DNA of 64,000 bases from Octopus bimaculoides (GCF_001194135.2 NC_068982.1:155631039-155695038); one strand, 5' to 3'; shown: positions 12,590-25,503, counted from the stretch's first letter. Notes: generated by a model from the letters alone, not told the origin. A program made the numbers and translations.

Positions 12590-14240
12590 GGCACCCAGAT
12601 ATCTTCCATGGGGACATGGAATTGGTTCCTGGAATGAAGAGAGTACAAGGCTGATGGAGTTCTGTGACACAAATGACCTAATGATCTGCAATACTAACTT
12701 CAGAAAGCTGGCCAGCCACTTGATAACCCATAAATCTGGTGACCATGCTAGCCAGATTGACTACATTCTCACCAAAAAGCAGGATTCATGGCTACTCATA
12801 AATGCTAAGGCCTTTCCTGGAGAAGAATGTACTCCACAACATAGGTTATTCATTGGGGACTTCAGGCTACTGGCTTGTAAGATTCCAAGAAGCAAGTCAG
12901 TTTGGAACAGAAGGGCATGAAAGCTTTAGGATCCTTTCATTAGTCAGAGATTTAGAGACATCCTGAATGAAGCATATGATGAGGAGGTGAAGTTACAGAC
13001 TTGTAGCATATAGGATAAATGGAAGTTCTTATGGGACAACTTGCTAGGTGCTGCGGACCAAATTTGTGACTGGTGCAAAGAAACAGGCTTGGAAGCAGGT
13101 GTACTTAGCCAGATGTGAAACAGAAAGGGAGAAATTTGCCAATGTCTTACAGTGTGAGGACCAGAGACTTGAAGTGTTTTGTCTTGCAAGACTGTGCCAG
13201 GGAAAATTGTGACATGGGAGAGAAATGTGTTTGCATGAATGATGGTTCACTTGCAGTTTGTGACTCTGCAAAAAATGAGGCTTGGAAGTGTCACTATGAA
13301 AGGCCACTAAATGTAGAGAATGCATGGGAGAAGGAGTCTGCCTAAAGTGGATCCAACATAGGGACCAGCAATCTGAAGAGACAGTTGCATGGTAGATAAA
13401 GCCAAGAAGGATATGATCAGGAAAGCCCCTGACCCACCACCAGTCACTACTGAGATGCTTAAAAAACCTGGGTGAGATACAGTTTGGTTTCATGCCAAGG
13501 AGAAGCACTACTGATGTTCTATTTCTGGTATGACAGACTGTATGATGCCTGTGTGCGAACAGTGATGCTACATGGCAGTGAAACCGGCTGTGATCACTGA
13601 GGATATGCGAAGGCTTAAAGAGAGCTAGTATGCTTCATTGGATGTGCAATGTTAGTGTGCATATAAGACTGTGTAAGCACTTAAGAGAAAAGCTGGTCAT
13701 AAGAGGCATCAGATGTGGTGTGCAAGAGAGATGATTGCATTGGTATGGTCATGTCAAGCGTATGGTTGAGGACAGCTGTGTAAAGAAGTACCAATCTCTG
13801 TGGGAGGGGTAGACCTTGGAAGACATGGGACAAAGTAGTGATGCATGATCTTTGATTGTTGGGCCTCATCGAGGTGATAAGTGACCGAGAGCTCTGACGA
13901 TATGATGTGCATGAGAAGACTCCTCAGACCAAGTGAAATTGTAGTGATTGTGCCAGTGTTATGTAAATGGCACCCATGCATCATAGTCATTGATGCTACC
14001 ATGTAAATGGCACTTGTGAATCCTCGTGGTCGATGTCGGTGCCACATAAATAGCACTTGTGAGTTGCTGGTGCCATGTAAATAGCAGCTATACATTGTGG
14101 TCATTGCTGGTTCCATGGTACATAAAAGCACCCATTACACACCATTGCTGGTGCCGGCAGCACATAAAAGCTCCCATTACACTCTTAGAGTGGTTGGTGT
14201 TAGGAAGGGCAACCAGCTGTACAAATCAGCCTGGATCCTG
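12590..14240 (+). mobile_element. Internally deleted RTE-clade LINE remnant with its 3' UTR
   Basis: APE endonuclease end (NDLMICNTNFRK...SQIDYIL...ECTPQHRL), FGFMP..STTD, the thumb region (RLYDACVRTVMLHGSE...LHWYGHVKRM), then a 3' UTR ending in GAGTGGTTGGTGTTAGGAAGGGCA. Confidence 0.85.
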
Positions 14241-14249
14241 GACTGGAAT

Positions 14250-14856
14250 CCTCTTCAGAAATTTGAACTTGAATCAGCCTTCTCAAAGCTTCCATGTCTT
14301 CTTATGCTGCTGCACCTGTACCTCCATTTTTTCCTTCTGAAGTTGAAGTTGTTATGTGAGCAACTTTATCAGGTCACCGCCTTGTTCCACCATTGTTGTC
14401 AGGTAAAAATAGCTTACAGTAAAACTCCAACTATATTAGATAAAATAAAGTATTATATTCTGTAAAACTCTTGACAGAACAATAATTTAACTGATACTAG
14501 AAATACAGGAAGACAGAAACTTATGTGCAAAACTGGTCGTTTACCTTTCAAATAATTGTATCATCAATGTCAAGGTAAAAAGCCCACTCAGCAAGGATAG
14601 TCTTTCTTATCCTACTGGCGATGCCAATTTGTTGTGCTTCTCTTGTTCACTTGCAAAGAAGAACACAGTGATACTCCAGACAGGTTTATTATCTGTCTCT
14701 CAAACAATGTATAACAAGAAAAGACAGACAAAGGGAGAAATGCCCCTCTACCCGCTCTACTTATACAACAGTAAGCTATTTGAACATTCGAGAGAGTTCT
14801 GCAACTTTCTATTCGATTCTATTGGACAGATTTAGATGCTAACAATCTCCACAACA
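14250..14856 (-). mobile_element. 5' end of an LTR retrotransposon: 227-bp LTR (14856-14630), PBS (14626-14609), leader and start of a decayed gag-like ORF (ATG at 14393)
   Basis: LTR termini TGTTGTG...CACAACA with internal TATAA and AATAAA. After a 3-nt spacer comes TGGCATCGCCAGTAGGAT, resembling a decayed tRNA-Ser-type PBS. Then MVEQGGDLIKLLT*QLQLQKEKMEVQVQQH, a coiled-coil-like start. Confidence 0.7.
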
Positions 14857-17064
14857 TGTATATACACACACAAGAGGTACAGTGGAATAATAGGAAGATT
14901 ATAAGAGAAAGTAGTGTTTGTATGTGGCATTCTTCATCCTCCAAGAGGGTCCTAAACCTTATGTTGATGCCTGCCAAAAGTGCATTGACCAAGGGGCTGC
15001 AGTAGACGAGTCCCTTGGATTTCAAGTCCTTGAGCCTAAAGATCATCACAGTGACTTGAGTCAATGGAAGTTAATTCAAGCAAACTCGAATTAACAGAAG
15101 TTAAATGTTACAGAAATTAATTAGTCTGATAATGATTGCCAGAGTTAACTTTGTTGATCCATGTCTTCACTGGTTTGTCACTTCCTCAAGTTTTATCCAC
15201 TTTAAGTGCTCTACACGTCTATCTATAAAGGTCTCATGTTGAATGACTTGTCAGTCTTATTTTGTCAAGTATTTAAACTTATACAGAAATCCTAACAAAA
15301 AAAGAAAATCAGTCATTTGTGTAGCTAATCATTATGGTATCAGCAGTTACGAGATTTCCTAATACCCTACACGGATAAAGAGTTCTCGGTACCTTATGTT
15401 GCCTCCATCCATTCTAAGTAAGCTGAGAGAGTCAAACACACCTAACTCTATCACTTGGAACGTAGAGCATAATCCTGTAAACCAAATTCTAAAGTCTTCT
15501 TCCTTTGTATTTCTGCGAAAAGTGCAATCCTATTTAGCACCTACAATATCCTCGACCTAAAAACAGCTCATCTCACATTTCTGGCACAATAACTCCATTC
15601 TCTTGAAAACGAGACCCCCACCACACACACAAATTTCCGTCTACTTGAACCGACCTTTATTATTATTATATGTAGAATGATTCACTCCTCACCAAGTTCT
15701 TTATACTTTTATTTATGTAGTTGTAACTGTTCTAACTCTCAGCTGCTGCAAATACCTTTATACGTTTAAACAATTGGTGTCTGTACATCCCCATATTTCT
15801 ATCTCTGAATGGATATATATATATATATATATATAGTCCTCATTAGGGATTATATAATCCAGGGTATTCCACTGGTTTAATACGTATCATATAATGGTGA
15901 AGTCATTGGTATATGTTTAGGATTACTGAAATTTTTAATGTTGAAGGAAAAATAAGGAGCAGAAAATGAAGAATAAATGGATGTAATTACTGATTTATTT
16001 TGCATGTTGTAGAAAAATGATGCTTTTTTTTTTAAAAAAAAACATTACAAATAAATAAATTAATTAATTAAATATTGATTTATTTATAATGTTTTTTTAA
16101 AAAAAAACACCATCTTTCTACAATATGCAAATAAATCAGTAATTACATTCATTTTTTTATCTTTCTATTAGGTGAAATATGTATGAATCATAGAAAATAT
16201 ATATATATATATAGATAATTGCATAGCATATAAAATACAGAATACATGTATATTTTCGATATGTATATATCATAATTTTCATATGACTAATATCTCTGTG
16301 TGAGTACGTGTGTTTTAAAATATATGCATATGTACATATATATAGAGTATATGTATATATATATATATAATATACATATGTGTGTGTGTATGTATTTATG
16401 TATGTGTGTATATGTATATGTATCTCTCTTCCTTTCTCTCCCTCCCCCTCTCTCTCTATATATCTATATATATATATATGTGTGTATGGTCATTTGTTTT
16501 CCATGCTAGTATGGTTTAGACATTTGTGGAGCATAAACGTGTAATATATGTGTGTGTGTGTATATATATATATTGGAGCCTGGTGTAGCCATCTGGTTTC
16601 ACCAGTCCTCAGTCAAATCGTCCAACCCATGCTAGCATGGAAAGCGGACGTTAAATGATGACGACGACGATACACTCACATATGTATGCCTATGTGCATA
16701 CTTGATATTTTCTTTTTGCACATGTAATTTTAGCTCCCCTGTAATGTTATTTGGAACCACCTTTTCTCCCTCACACACTCCCACACAACTACATCAACAT
16801 CAACCTATTCAGCGATCCCTTCCCATGCCACACATCCTCTCACAATAAAGGCATTCAAGCACCACTTAATGACCCCTATTTCACCTTCAAATAAAAAGTA
16901 CTTCATTCTTTCTTCCTATTAATTATTAACCTTAAAATGGTGTTATTAATATTAGTGCTACGTTTAAGATGGTGAGCTGGCAGAATTGTTAGCATGCTAG
17001 GTGAAATGGCTAGTAGAATTTTGTTTGGGACTGAACCCAGAACTATAGGTTCGGGAAACAAACT

Positions 17065-17400
17065 TCTACACAGCCATGCCTATGGCTAAGAAGTTTCCTG
17101 ACCAAAGCCTTGTGAGTGAATTTGATAGACGGAAACTGAAAGAAGCCCTTTGTGTATATTTGTGTGTGTGCATGACTTTGTGTATGTGTTTGTCCACCCC
17201 AAACTGCTTGAGAACCAGTGTTGGTGTGTTTATCCCCTGTAATGTAGCAGTTCAGCAAAAGAAACTGATAGAACCCAACTTTACAAAAACATAATAAGTA
17301 TTGGGGTCAATTCATTTGACTAAAATTCTTCAAGGCAACACCCCAGCATGGCCACAGACTAATGACTGAAGCAAGAATAATAAAAAGATAGAAAGATAAA
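17065..17400 (+). mobile_element. SINE family A copy, partial
   Basis: ACCAAAGCCTTGTGAGTGAATTTGATAGACGGAAACTGAAAGAAGCC ... AATGACTGAAGCAAG. Confidence 0.75.
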
Positions 17401-17754
17401 AAGATAGTTTCAATCATTGGACTGTGACATGCTGGAGCACTATTTTGAAGGCTTTTCCTTCATTATATTGATTTGAGTACTTTATCTGGCATTTGTTTTA
17501 TTGACCTTGGTGCTGAGTGGAAGGGTAGATAAGCAAAATGGGGAGAAATTAGATGTGTGTGAGTGTGTGCATGCGCACACAAACACAGTCTCTGTTAAGT
17601 GGTTGGTGTTGTAAAGGGTATATAGTCAGAAATCAAACCAAAAATGACAATTATGAGCAATATATGATTGTCCAATGCATCTAAGAATAATTCCAAATAA
17701 GAACGGACTCAGATTGTAATGACCCGTCCAATCGAAAGGGGACATAAAATTATA

Positions 17755-17792
<38 letters not shown>

Positions 17793-18085
17793 ATGTACTA
17801 TACCATGAAAGAGATTTAAAAAAAAAAAGCATGATATATGGTTTGTGTCTGAAGAATATTTTTAATTATTTCTAAACATATGAAACTATTAGTAGCACTT
17901 AAAGACATGTATTGTGCCTTTTAAATAAATAATATATATATGTCTGTCTGTATATATGCCAATAGAATAAATATATGGCTTACATAAAAGTACTGGGTAG
18001 TGATTTGTTCAACTAAAACCCTTCAAGGTGATGCCTCAGCATAGCTACAGTCCAATGACAGAGAGAGAGAGAGAGAGAGATAGAT

Positions 18086-18116
<31 letters not shown>

Positions 18117-19011
18117 TAGATGGAGATAGAGAGAGAGAGAGAGACACAGACTCTGATTTGAAATTGTTTATTGTGCAAGTAAGCTGTAAAAATTGTATCT
18201 TTACTAAAACTTTAAATAGATTATTTCACAATATCTCTTTGAATATATTAATGATTTATTATAAAAAGAATAAGTTACTGAGTCTAAAACTATAAAGTCT
18301 TCTCTTTTGCACTCACACATTGTGGTTATATATATAGCAGACACAATGCATTGAAAAAGGACAAACATATAACTATTTACAATTATAATCACAAACTCAA
18401 GGCACGGAACTCTTTCATGCTGGTGAAGCTTTTATGAAAGCTATAAATTTCTTAATGAGATTCTAGCCAGGTACAATATTAGATTTAGTGAAACTATTAA
18501 CCTTTCAATTACTGTAAACCCAATGGTGAAAGTAAATAGGCCAGTGTTGCATGCGTAACATCACTTTGATTATATGTGATTTTATTGATTTGTTTGAGAG
18601 TTTAGAATATTGATTTCTAACATAGACAAACAGCCGCAAATTGTAGGGGAAGAGTTTCTTTCGATTGACTTGATTAATACTTTATCGATCCCAGAAGGAT
18701 GAGATGTAATGTCAGCCACTACAGGACTTGAACATAAAGACCACAAGATATTTGCCTTACACTACTGGTTTCTGCAAGTCCACCACCCTTTGAATATTGT
18801 AATTTACTTGTAATATTCTCATTCTTGGTCCAGGGCTTTTTTTTTTTTTTTTTTTTTCAATATTAGAAAATATTTCAGATTTAAACAGATGGTGACCATT
18901 TGCATTAATGTATGCTGACCGTTAATAAATGTGATTCTGTAAGTGGCTGTGTGTGTGTATGTGTATATATATTGTGAGTGTGTGTGTATGTATATACATA
19001 TATATAGCTCT

Positions 19012-20310
19012 TGTGGTGGGAGGGACTGTCTAACACAGCTCCTCCACCACTTTGATGACATCTTAAATGCACTGAGGGCTCCAACGCAGATGTCATATAC
19101 CTTGATTTCAGCAAGGCCTTTGACAAAGTCAACCACAATATTGTGTTAAGAAAACTATCCAATGCTGGAGTCGGTGGAAAGCTACTTCAATGGATTAGGC
19201 ATTTCCTAACAAAGAGGACCCAGCATGTTGTGGTTGATGGCAACCACGCAAAACCAGCAAAAGTCATCAGTGGAGTCCCGTAGGGTGCTGTGCTGGGTCC
19301 ACTTTTTTTTTATTGTCTGTATCAATGACATTGCAGATTCCATTGAACATAGCACCATTAAAATATTTGCAGATGACTCTAAGCTCCAGAAAGTCATTAA
19401 GGGAGCATATGATCAAACGATGCTTTAATTGGACCTATGCCCAGTGGGCACAAATGAACAATATGCAGTTAAACGAAGAAAAATTTGAGCTCATCCACTT
19501 TGGAAAAGAGGGCACACTCAAACAACCATATACATTACCGTTGGGAGACCTACTTGAACCGTCAGATAATATCAGAGACTTAGGTGTAACTGTCGACAGT
19601 AGCCTTAGCTGGAGTGTGCACATCAACGAAAAAGTCAATGTTGCCCACAAAATGTGCTCATGGATCCTCAGAACTTTTCAATGTAGGGGTCATGAAACCA
19701 TCATCCTTCTCTTCTCCACATTCGCTAGGCCCCACCTTGAATACTGCTGCCCACTGTGGTCCCCCTACAAAAACAAAACATAATGAGGATAAAAGTGCCA
19801 CAAAGATCGATCACAAAAAAAATAAATGGCATGATGGGACTTGATTATTGGGCTCGACTTAAACAGCTGAAGCTCTATTCTCTGCAACGTCGCCATGAGC
19901 GATAAATTATTTGCACCATGTGGAAAATATTCCACCACTATTATCCAAATGATATCGGTATTATGTTTACAATTCACCCAAGACTAGGCCCCCATGGAAT
20001 GTGTCCCCTACAAAGGTCAAGATCACATCACATAGGAACACTGCGACACAATTTCTTCACTACAAATGGTCCTGCACTTTTCAATGTTATCCTGAAAGAG
20101 ATTAAAGTAGAAAAAGACCCCACAACTTTCAAACGGTACCTGGACAAATTCCTCCAGGAAATACTGGATAAACCACCTACACCTGGATATGTCTCAACTA
20201 ACAACAACTCACTGCTTGAGTGGTCCATGGTGTCCCGAAATAATTAACTAAAAGACTTTTCCAGGTGGTGCTATTGAGTTAATCATGGCCTGGGCTGTTA
20301 ATGGCCGAAA
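19012..20310 (+). mobile_element. 5'-truncated CR1/L2-group LINE (RT domain to 3' UTR), frameshifted
   Basis: CLTQLLHHFDD, YLDFSKAFDKVNH, SGVP*GAVLGPLFF, IFADDSK, RDLGVTVDSSLSW, FARPHLEYCCPLWSP. Confidence 0.9.
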
Positions 20311-22048
20311 CTAATGTAAGTTATCTTCTAGGTTATAACTTACATTAGAGAGAGAGAGAGAAGGAAAAGAGGGAGAGAGAGAGAGAGACATATACATCAT
20401 CATCATCATGTAATGTCTGTTTTCCATGCTGGCATGAGTTAGATGGTTTAACAGGAACTGGCAAGCCAGAGAGCTTAGGAAGAGCATTCACTTTATGGCT
20501 GAATGCTCTTCCTAATGCTAACCACTTTATTGAGTATATTGAATGTTCTTTATGTGACGCCAGCATGGGTGCTTTTTATGTAGTGCCAGCAGCACAGGTG
20601 CCTTTTATGTGGTGCCAGCACAAATTTTTTTCCACTTGGCACCAGCACTCATAGGGTTGCTAAGTAACTTGCAAAACAAGGATGTACCTACTGAGAGAGG
20701 AAAAGAAACTGAGAGAAATGGCTGTGTGCCAGGTGAGAAGTTGGAGTATTATTGAGGGACAAAGATAGTGGTCTTACTACAGAGGACAAAGAAAGAGAGG
20801 AAGATGAGTGACAGAAAGAGACAGTCAGAGAGAGAGAGAGGGGGGGAGAGAATGAGAACCTAACCACTTGGAACAGATTGGTGGACTATAAGTAGTACAG
20901 AAGAGATAGAGGAGATGTTCCATAAGAGTGTGAGGTGAGATATTTGGAGATAGTAAGAGGAACTGGAGGAGCCTGCAGTAGGTGGTGGTGGTTTTGGGAA
21001 GATGGGTTGTAGGTGAATCCTTTTAATGTCTACTTTTCCATGCTTGTATGGGCAAGACAAAATTTTGTTGAGGCAGATTTTCTATGGCCAGTTGCTCATC
21101 CTATCCCCAACCCTCACTTGTTTCCAAGTAAGGTAATATTTCCCCATGTCTGGACATGTTTTCACAGAAGATTAGGAATGAAGGACTCTGCTTGTATGAC
21201 AGAGATATTTGTTTATGACTATTGTGTGATGTCAAGGGAAAGAGAGAGTAACACACACACAAGATGGGCTTCTTTCAGTTTCTTATTTCGTTAATCCCCA
21301 GTATGTAACTGGTACTTAATTTATCGACCCCGAAAGAANNNNNNNNNNTTCAGTTTCTTATTTCGTTAATCCCCAGTATGTAACTGGTACTTAATTTATC
21401 GACCCCGAAAGAATGAAAGGCAAAGTCGACCTCGGCGGAATTTGAACTCAGAACGTAACGGCAGATGAAATACTGCAAAGCATTTTGCCCGGTGTGCTAA
21501 TGTTTCTGCCAGCTTGCCAAGCTTCTTTCAGTTTCTGTCTAACAAATCCACTCACAAGGCTTTGGTTAGTTTGGGCTATAGCAGAAGATACTTGCTTAAG
21601 GTGCCACATGGTGGGACTGAACCAGGAACCATGATGATTAGTTTAAAATAATTTCAAGAAAAACACGTTTACTGATGAGGAGGAGACTCAATACTAAAAG
21701 TAGTAAAATTTATAATAAAATTCAGTTTCACTGTGATTTAGAGTTTTATTAAAGTTTTACCTGACAGCTTATTCAACCAGTCAACTCATTGAATAAGTAT
21801 TGAGGCAAAATCGAACCCACTGAAAATGAATTTTATAATTATATATGTGAGTGTGTGTGTGTGGTCTTACTCTTGTACTTACAATGTGGAATGAGTGTGT
21901 TTTATTGTATCATCATCATCATCATCATCGTTTAACGTCCGCTTTCCATGCTAGCATGGGTTGGACGACTTGACTGAGGACTGGTGAAACCGGATGGCAA
22001 CACCAGGCTCCAATCTAAATTTGGCAGAGTTTCTACAGCTGGATGCCC

Positions 22049-22740
22049 NNNNNNNNNNNNNNNNNNNNNNNNNNNNNNNNNNNNNNNNNNNNNNNNNNNN
22101 NNNNNNNNNNNNNNNNNNNNNNNNNNNNNNNNNNNNNNNNNNNNNNNNNNNNNNNNNNNNNNNNNNNNNNNNNNNNNNNNNNNNNNNNNNNNNNNNNNNN
22201 NNNNNNNNNNNNNNNNNNNNNNNNNNNNNNNNNNNNNNNNNNNNNNNNNNNNNNNNNNNNNNNNNNNNNNNNNNNNNNNNNNNNNNNNNNNNNNNNNNNN
22301 NNNNNNNNNNNNNNNNNNNNNNNNNNNNNNNNNNNNNNNNNNNNNNNNNNNNNNNNNNNNNNNNNNNNNNNNNNNNNNNNNNNNNNNNNNNNNNNNNNNN
22401 NNNNNNNNNNNNNNNNNNNNNNNNNNNNNNNNNNNNNNNNNNNNNNNNNNNNNNNNNNNNNNNNNNNNNNNNNNNNNNNNNNNNNNNNNNNNNNNNNNNN
22501 NNNNNNNNNNNNNNNNNNNNNNNNNNNNNNNNNNNNNNNNNNNNNNNNNNNNNNNNNNNNNNNNNNNNNNNNNNNNNNNNNNNNNNNNNNNNNNNNNNNN
22601 NNNNNNNNNNNNNNNNNNNNNNNNNNNNNNNNNNNNNNNNNNNNNNNNNNNNNNNNNNNNNNNNNNNNNNNNNNNNNNNNNNNNNNNNNNNNNNNNNNNN
22701 NNNNNNNNNNNNNNNNNNNNNNNNNNNNNNNNNNNNNNNN
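22049..22740. other. Assembly gap (others: 21339-21348, 44160-44169, 57770-58555, 62254-62290)
   Basis: Runs of N. Confidence 1.
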
Positions 22741-22769
22741 ACATGACAGAAACAAGTAAAGCAATAAAA

Positions 22770-22813
22770 TCTATGCCATTTTCATCCCAAGCAAAGCCGG
22801 GTATCTCTGCTAG
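22770..22813 (+). mobile_element. Helitron-type 3' terminus (possibly a 44-bp minimal Helitron)
   Basis: CCCAAGCAAAGCCGGG decayed hairpin, 8 nt, then CTAG|T; A|TC lies 44 bp upstream. Confidence 0.55.
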
Positions 22814-22891
22814 TATATATATAAATGTGTGTATACATATATGTATATAATAAAAAATATATGAAGCATTATGAATAGTAAGAGTACTTAC

Positions 22892-23040
22892 TGCAGGCAA
22901 ACCAGGAGGAACTTTGTCAGGTGAAGCCTGAAATATACTTATCAAGGTTGGTAAGAGACGCTGCTGTAAAGGGGTAGTACAGTGGGCATTTTCAGCCAAA
23001 ACTTTTACCATATCCTCCACCAAACTGACAATTAATGGGT
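22892..23040 (-). pseudogene. IPO9: Isolated, inverted IPO9 exon (DPLIVSLVEDMVKVLAENAHCTTPLQQRLLPTLISIFQASPDKVPPGLPA): duplicate or misplaced exon
   Basis: Open frame matching the recalled IPO9 segment (DPVVASLAQDIFKEL...[24 protein letters not shown]) that immediately precedes the exon at 519. Canonical GTAAGT donor in phase 0. The expected acceptor position reads ctctTG rather than AG; an alternative in-phase AG lies at 23066-23065. Confidence 0.8.
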
Positions 23041-24192
23041 CAAGAGTTGTCTCATGTAGGAGGACTAGAAAGTCCCTTTGATTGTATATCAGTTCATATT
23101 CAGTTACTATTCTCCTAGATGGGTAGATTGCATTGTTGATTGTAGTGTCTATATGTCTTGTTCAAATGTTTTCATTTTGGTATGGTTTTTGTTGTTGGAT
23201 GACCTTCCTATGACCAAACAAAGTAGTATTGGATCTACTTTATCTATCACTGGTAATAGGGAGGTTATCACATGCAAGGAAAATAGTCAAGCTTGATCAA
23301 TGTTGACCTTGGTCTATACAACAACAATAACATCAACAACATTCCAAAATAGCAATAACAATTTAATTCTTCCTCTTTCTGATACAAAGCAATATAATTA
23401 TTTATAAATCTCTTACAAACTAAATCATCATGATCATCATCATCATCACTATCATCATCAACGAATGTTAAATGATGATAATAATGATGATGATTAAGTT
23501 TGTGATAGATCTATGAGTTGCTAGGTGTGTTGGTGGAGGGGCACAGTAGCTTGAACTATAAAAATAACTACAGTGTAATTATTACTATGGCAAATATTTT
23601 GTTAATAGATTTGTGGAAGAAGACAATAGTTACATAGGAAACACTAGGTCAAAAAATATAATGAAAAGTGTGAGAGAAAGAAAAAGTGAAGCTGAAAATA
23701 ACATTGTTATGAGGGGGAAAAAATGATTGATCAACAGGGAAATAAAATATACAATCCCGATCATTATTTTACAAGAATAAGAGTAATATTACATCCTTAT
23801 GGATAAACAAACACACTGCAACAGTGTAATAACAATATAATTGAAACAAACAGTAGTAACCACATGGAACATAACAACTATCTTTTAAAAAACAGCAATT
23901 CAACATGCTAACTCAAACTGTAAAATTTGAACTCCAACTTTGAACTATCAACCTCAGACCGCTACTATTTATATATAGTGGTCCAGTCCATTCTCGCCAG
24001 GGGGCATCATACTCTCACACAACAAGTAATTAGTATTACAGCGGAATGTTGTATTTCTGACCACTAAACCATGAAACGGTAGGTGGTGGTGGTGGAACTT
24101 GTGATGAGCTTTGTCAGATGGTTTGCCCAGAGTTACAATACAGAAAACTGAAGTAAACCTGACATTATGAGGTCAGTTGTCCAGTACCTTAA

Positions 24193-24373
24193 TCCTTTTA
24201 AAGCCAACCTGCCTGAGACTACCTCTGCTTAAAGTAATCTAAATTAAAAACTTTCCATTACAATTTCATATTAATTTATGTTTAAAATACCATTTTAATA
24301 ATGGCAAAATTATTTTAATAAATTCTTTACTATTTTCAAAATTAAGTGAAATGAAGGCATGGTAACAAAATGG
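24193..24373 (+). mobile_element. Degenerate TTAA-flanked MITE of a different family
   Basis: TTAA at 24189-24192 and 24374-24377, with weak terminal complementarity. Confidence 0.45.
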
Positions 24374-25325
24374 TTAACATCAATCACACTCATTTTGCTT
24401 CTAATTTGAATTAAATACATAATAATAATGGGTGAGCTGGCAGAATCATTAGAGCATTGAAAAAATGCACTGCAGTATTTGTTCTAGCGCTTTATATCTT
24501 GAATTCATATCCTGCTGAGGTCAACTCTGCCTTTCCTCTTTTGGTGTTGATAAAATAAATTATCAAGTACTACATTCAATGATTTTGATCACCAGCCATC
24601 CCACAATTTCCAGGTCTTGTGCCCAGAATTATTATTATTATTAATTCTAACACAGACACCAGGCCAAAAAAATTTGTGAGGGAAGAACAGTTGATTACAT
24701 TGATCCCAATATAATTGGTGCTTCATTTCATTTACTCAAGAAAGATGAAAGGCAGAGTGAACCTCAAATAATAATGGTTTCAAATTTTGGCACAAGGCCG
24801 GCAGTTTGGTGGGGAGGGGCTAAGTTGATTACATCAGCCCCACTGTTCAACTGGTACTTATTTTATGGACCCCAAAAGGTCGAAAGGCAAAGTTGACCCT
24901 GGTGGCAGTTGAAATTGGAATGTACAGATGGACAAATGCTGTTAAGCATTTTGCCAGGTGTGCTAAAGATTCTGCCAGCTTGTCATGTAATGAACCTCAA
25001 ATAATAATAATAATAATAACTCTAGCATGAAGTTGTAGTAGCTGTTGTGTGGTGCATTTTTTTACTCACAAGGATTAGGTTGACACAGAGCACTCACAGA
25101 AGACATTTGATGCTATGCTGTATGATTGAATTCAGAATCTCATGTTTACAAAGCAAACTTGTTAATAATTTAGACATGCTTGCATCCATCAAATAATGCA
25201 CTTGCACACATCCTAGTACAGGCATATATATATATAGATAGGGTGATAAAGTGAATATTAATTCAATTTAAAACCAAGTGGCCTAGCATATAAAAAAATC
25301 TGAAAATTCAGAAAAAATTGTATTC

Positions 25326-25462
25326 CACGTGTATAAGGGATGACCACTAGGTGGACATCCAATATGCTAGAAAGAGGTCATCAACGACCCAACCACAAAG
25401 AAAAATAATGTTCTCCAGAAAAATTTTGGATGTCCACCTAGTGGTCATCCCTTATACATGTG
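25326..25462. repeat. Long inverted repeat: 33-bp perfect arms (25330-25362 and 25426-25458), 63-bp spacer
   Basis: TGTATAAGGGATGACCACTAGGTGGACATCCAA and its exact reverse complement; extends 4 bp further with one G-T pair. Confidence 0.95.
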
Positions 25463-25464
25463 TA

Positions 25465-25503
<39 letters not shown>

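Noticed and set aside
14097-14465. 122-aa ORF on the + strand
   Set aside because: Chance frame across an RTE UTR and the antisense strand of the gag-like fragment.
21274-21413. 65-bp direct repeat on either side of a 10-N gap
   Set aside because: Typical unmerged contig overlap; an assembly artefact.
21932-23023. Long ORFs (238-363 aa) in the track
   Set aside because: They run through an N-gap; only the IPO9-like part, 22892-23040, is real.
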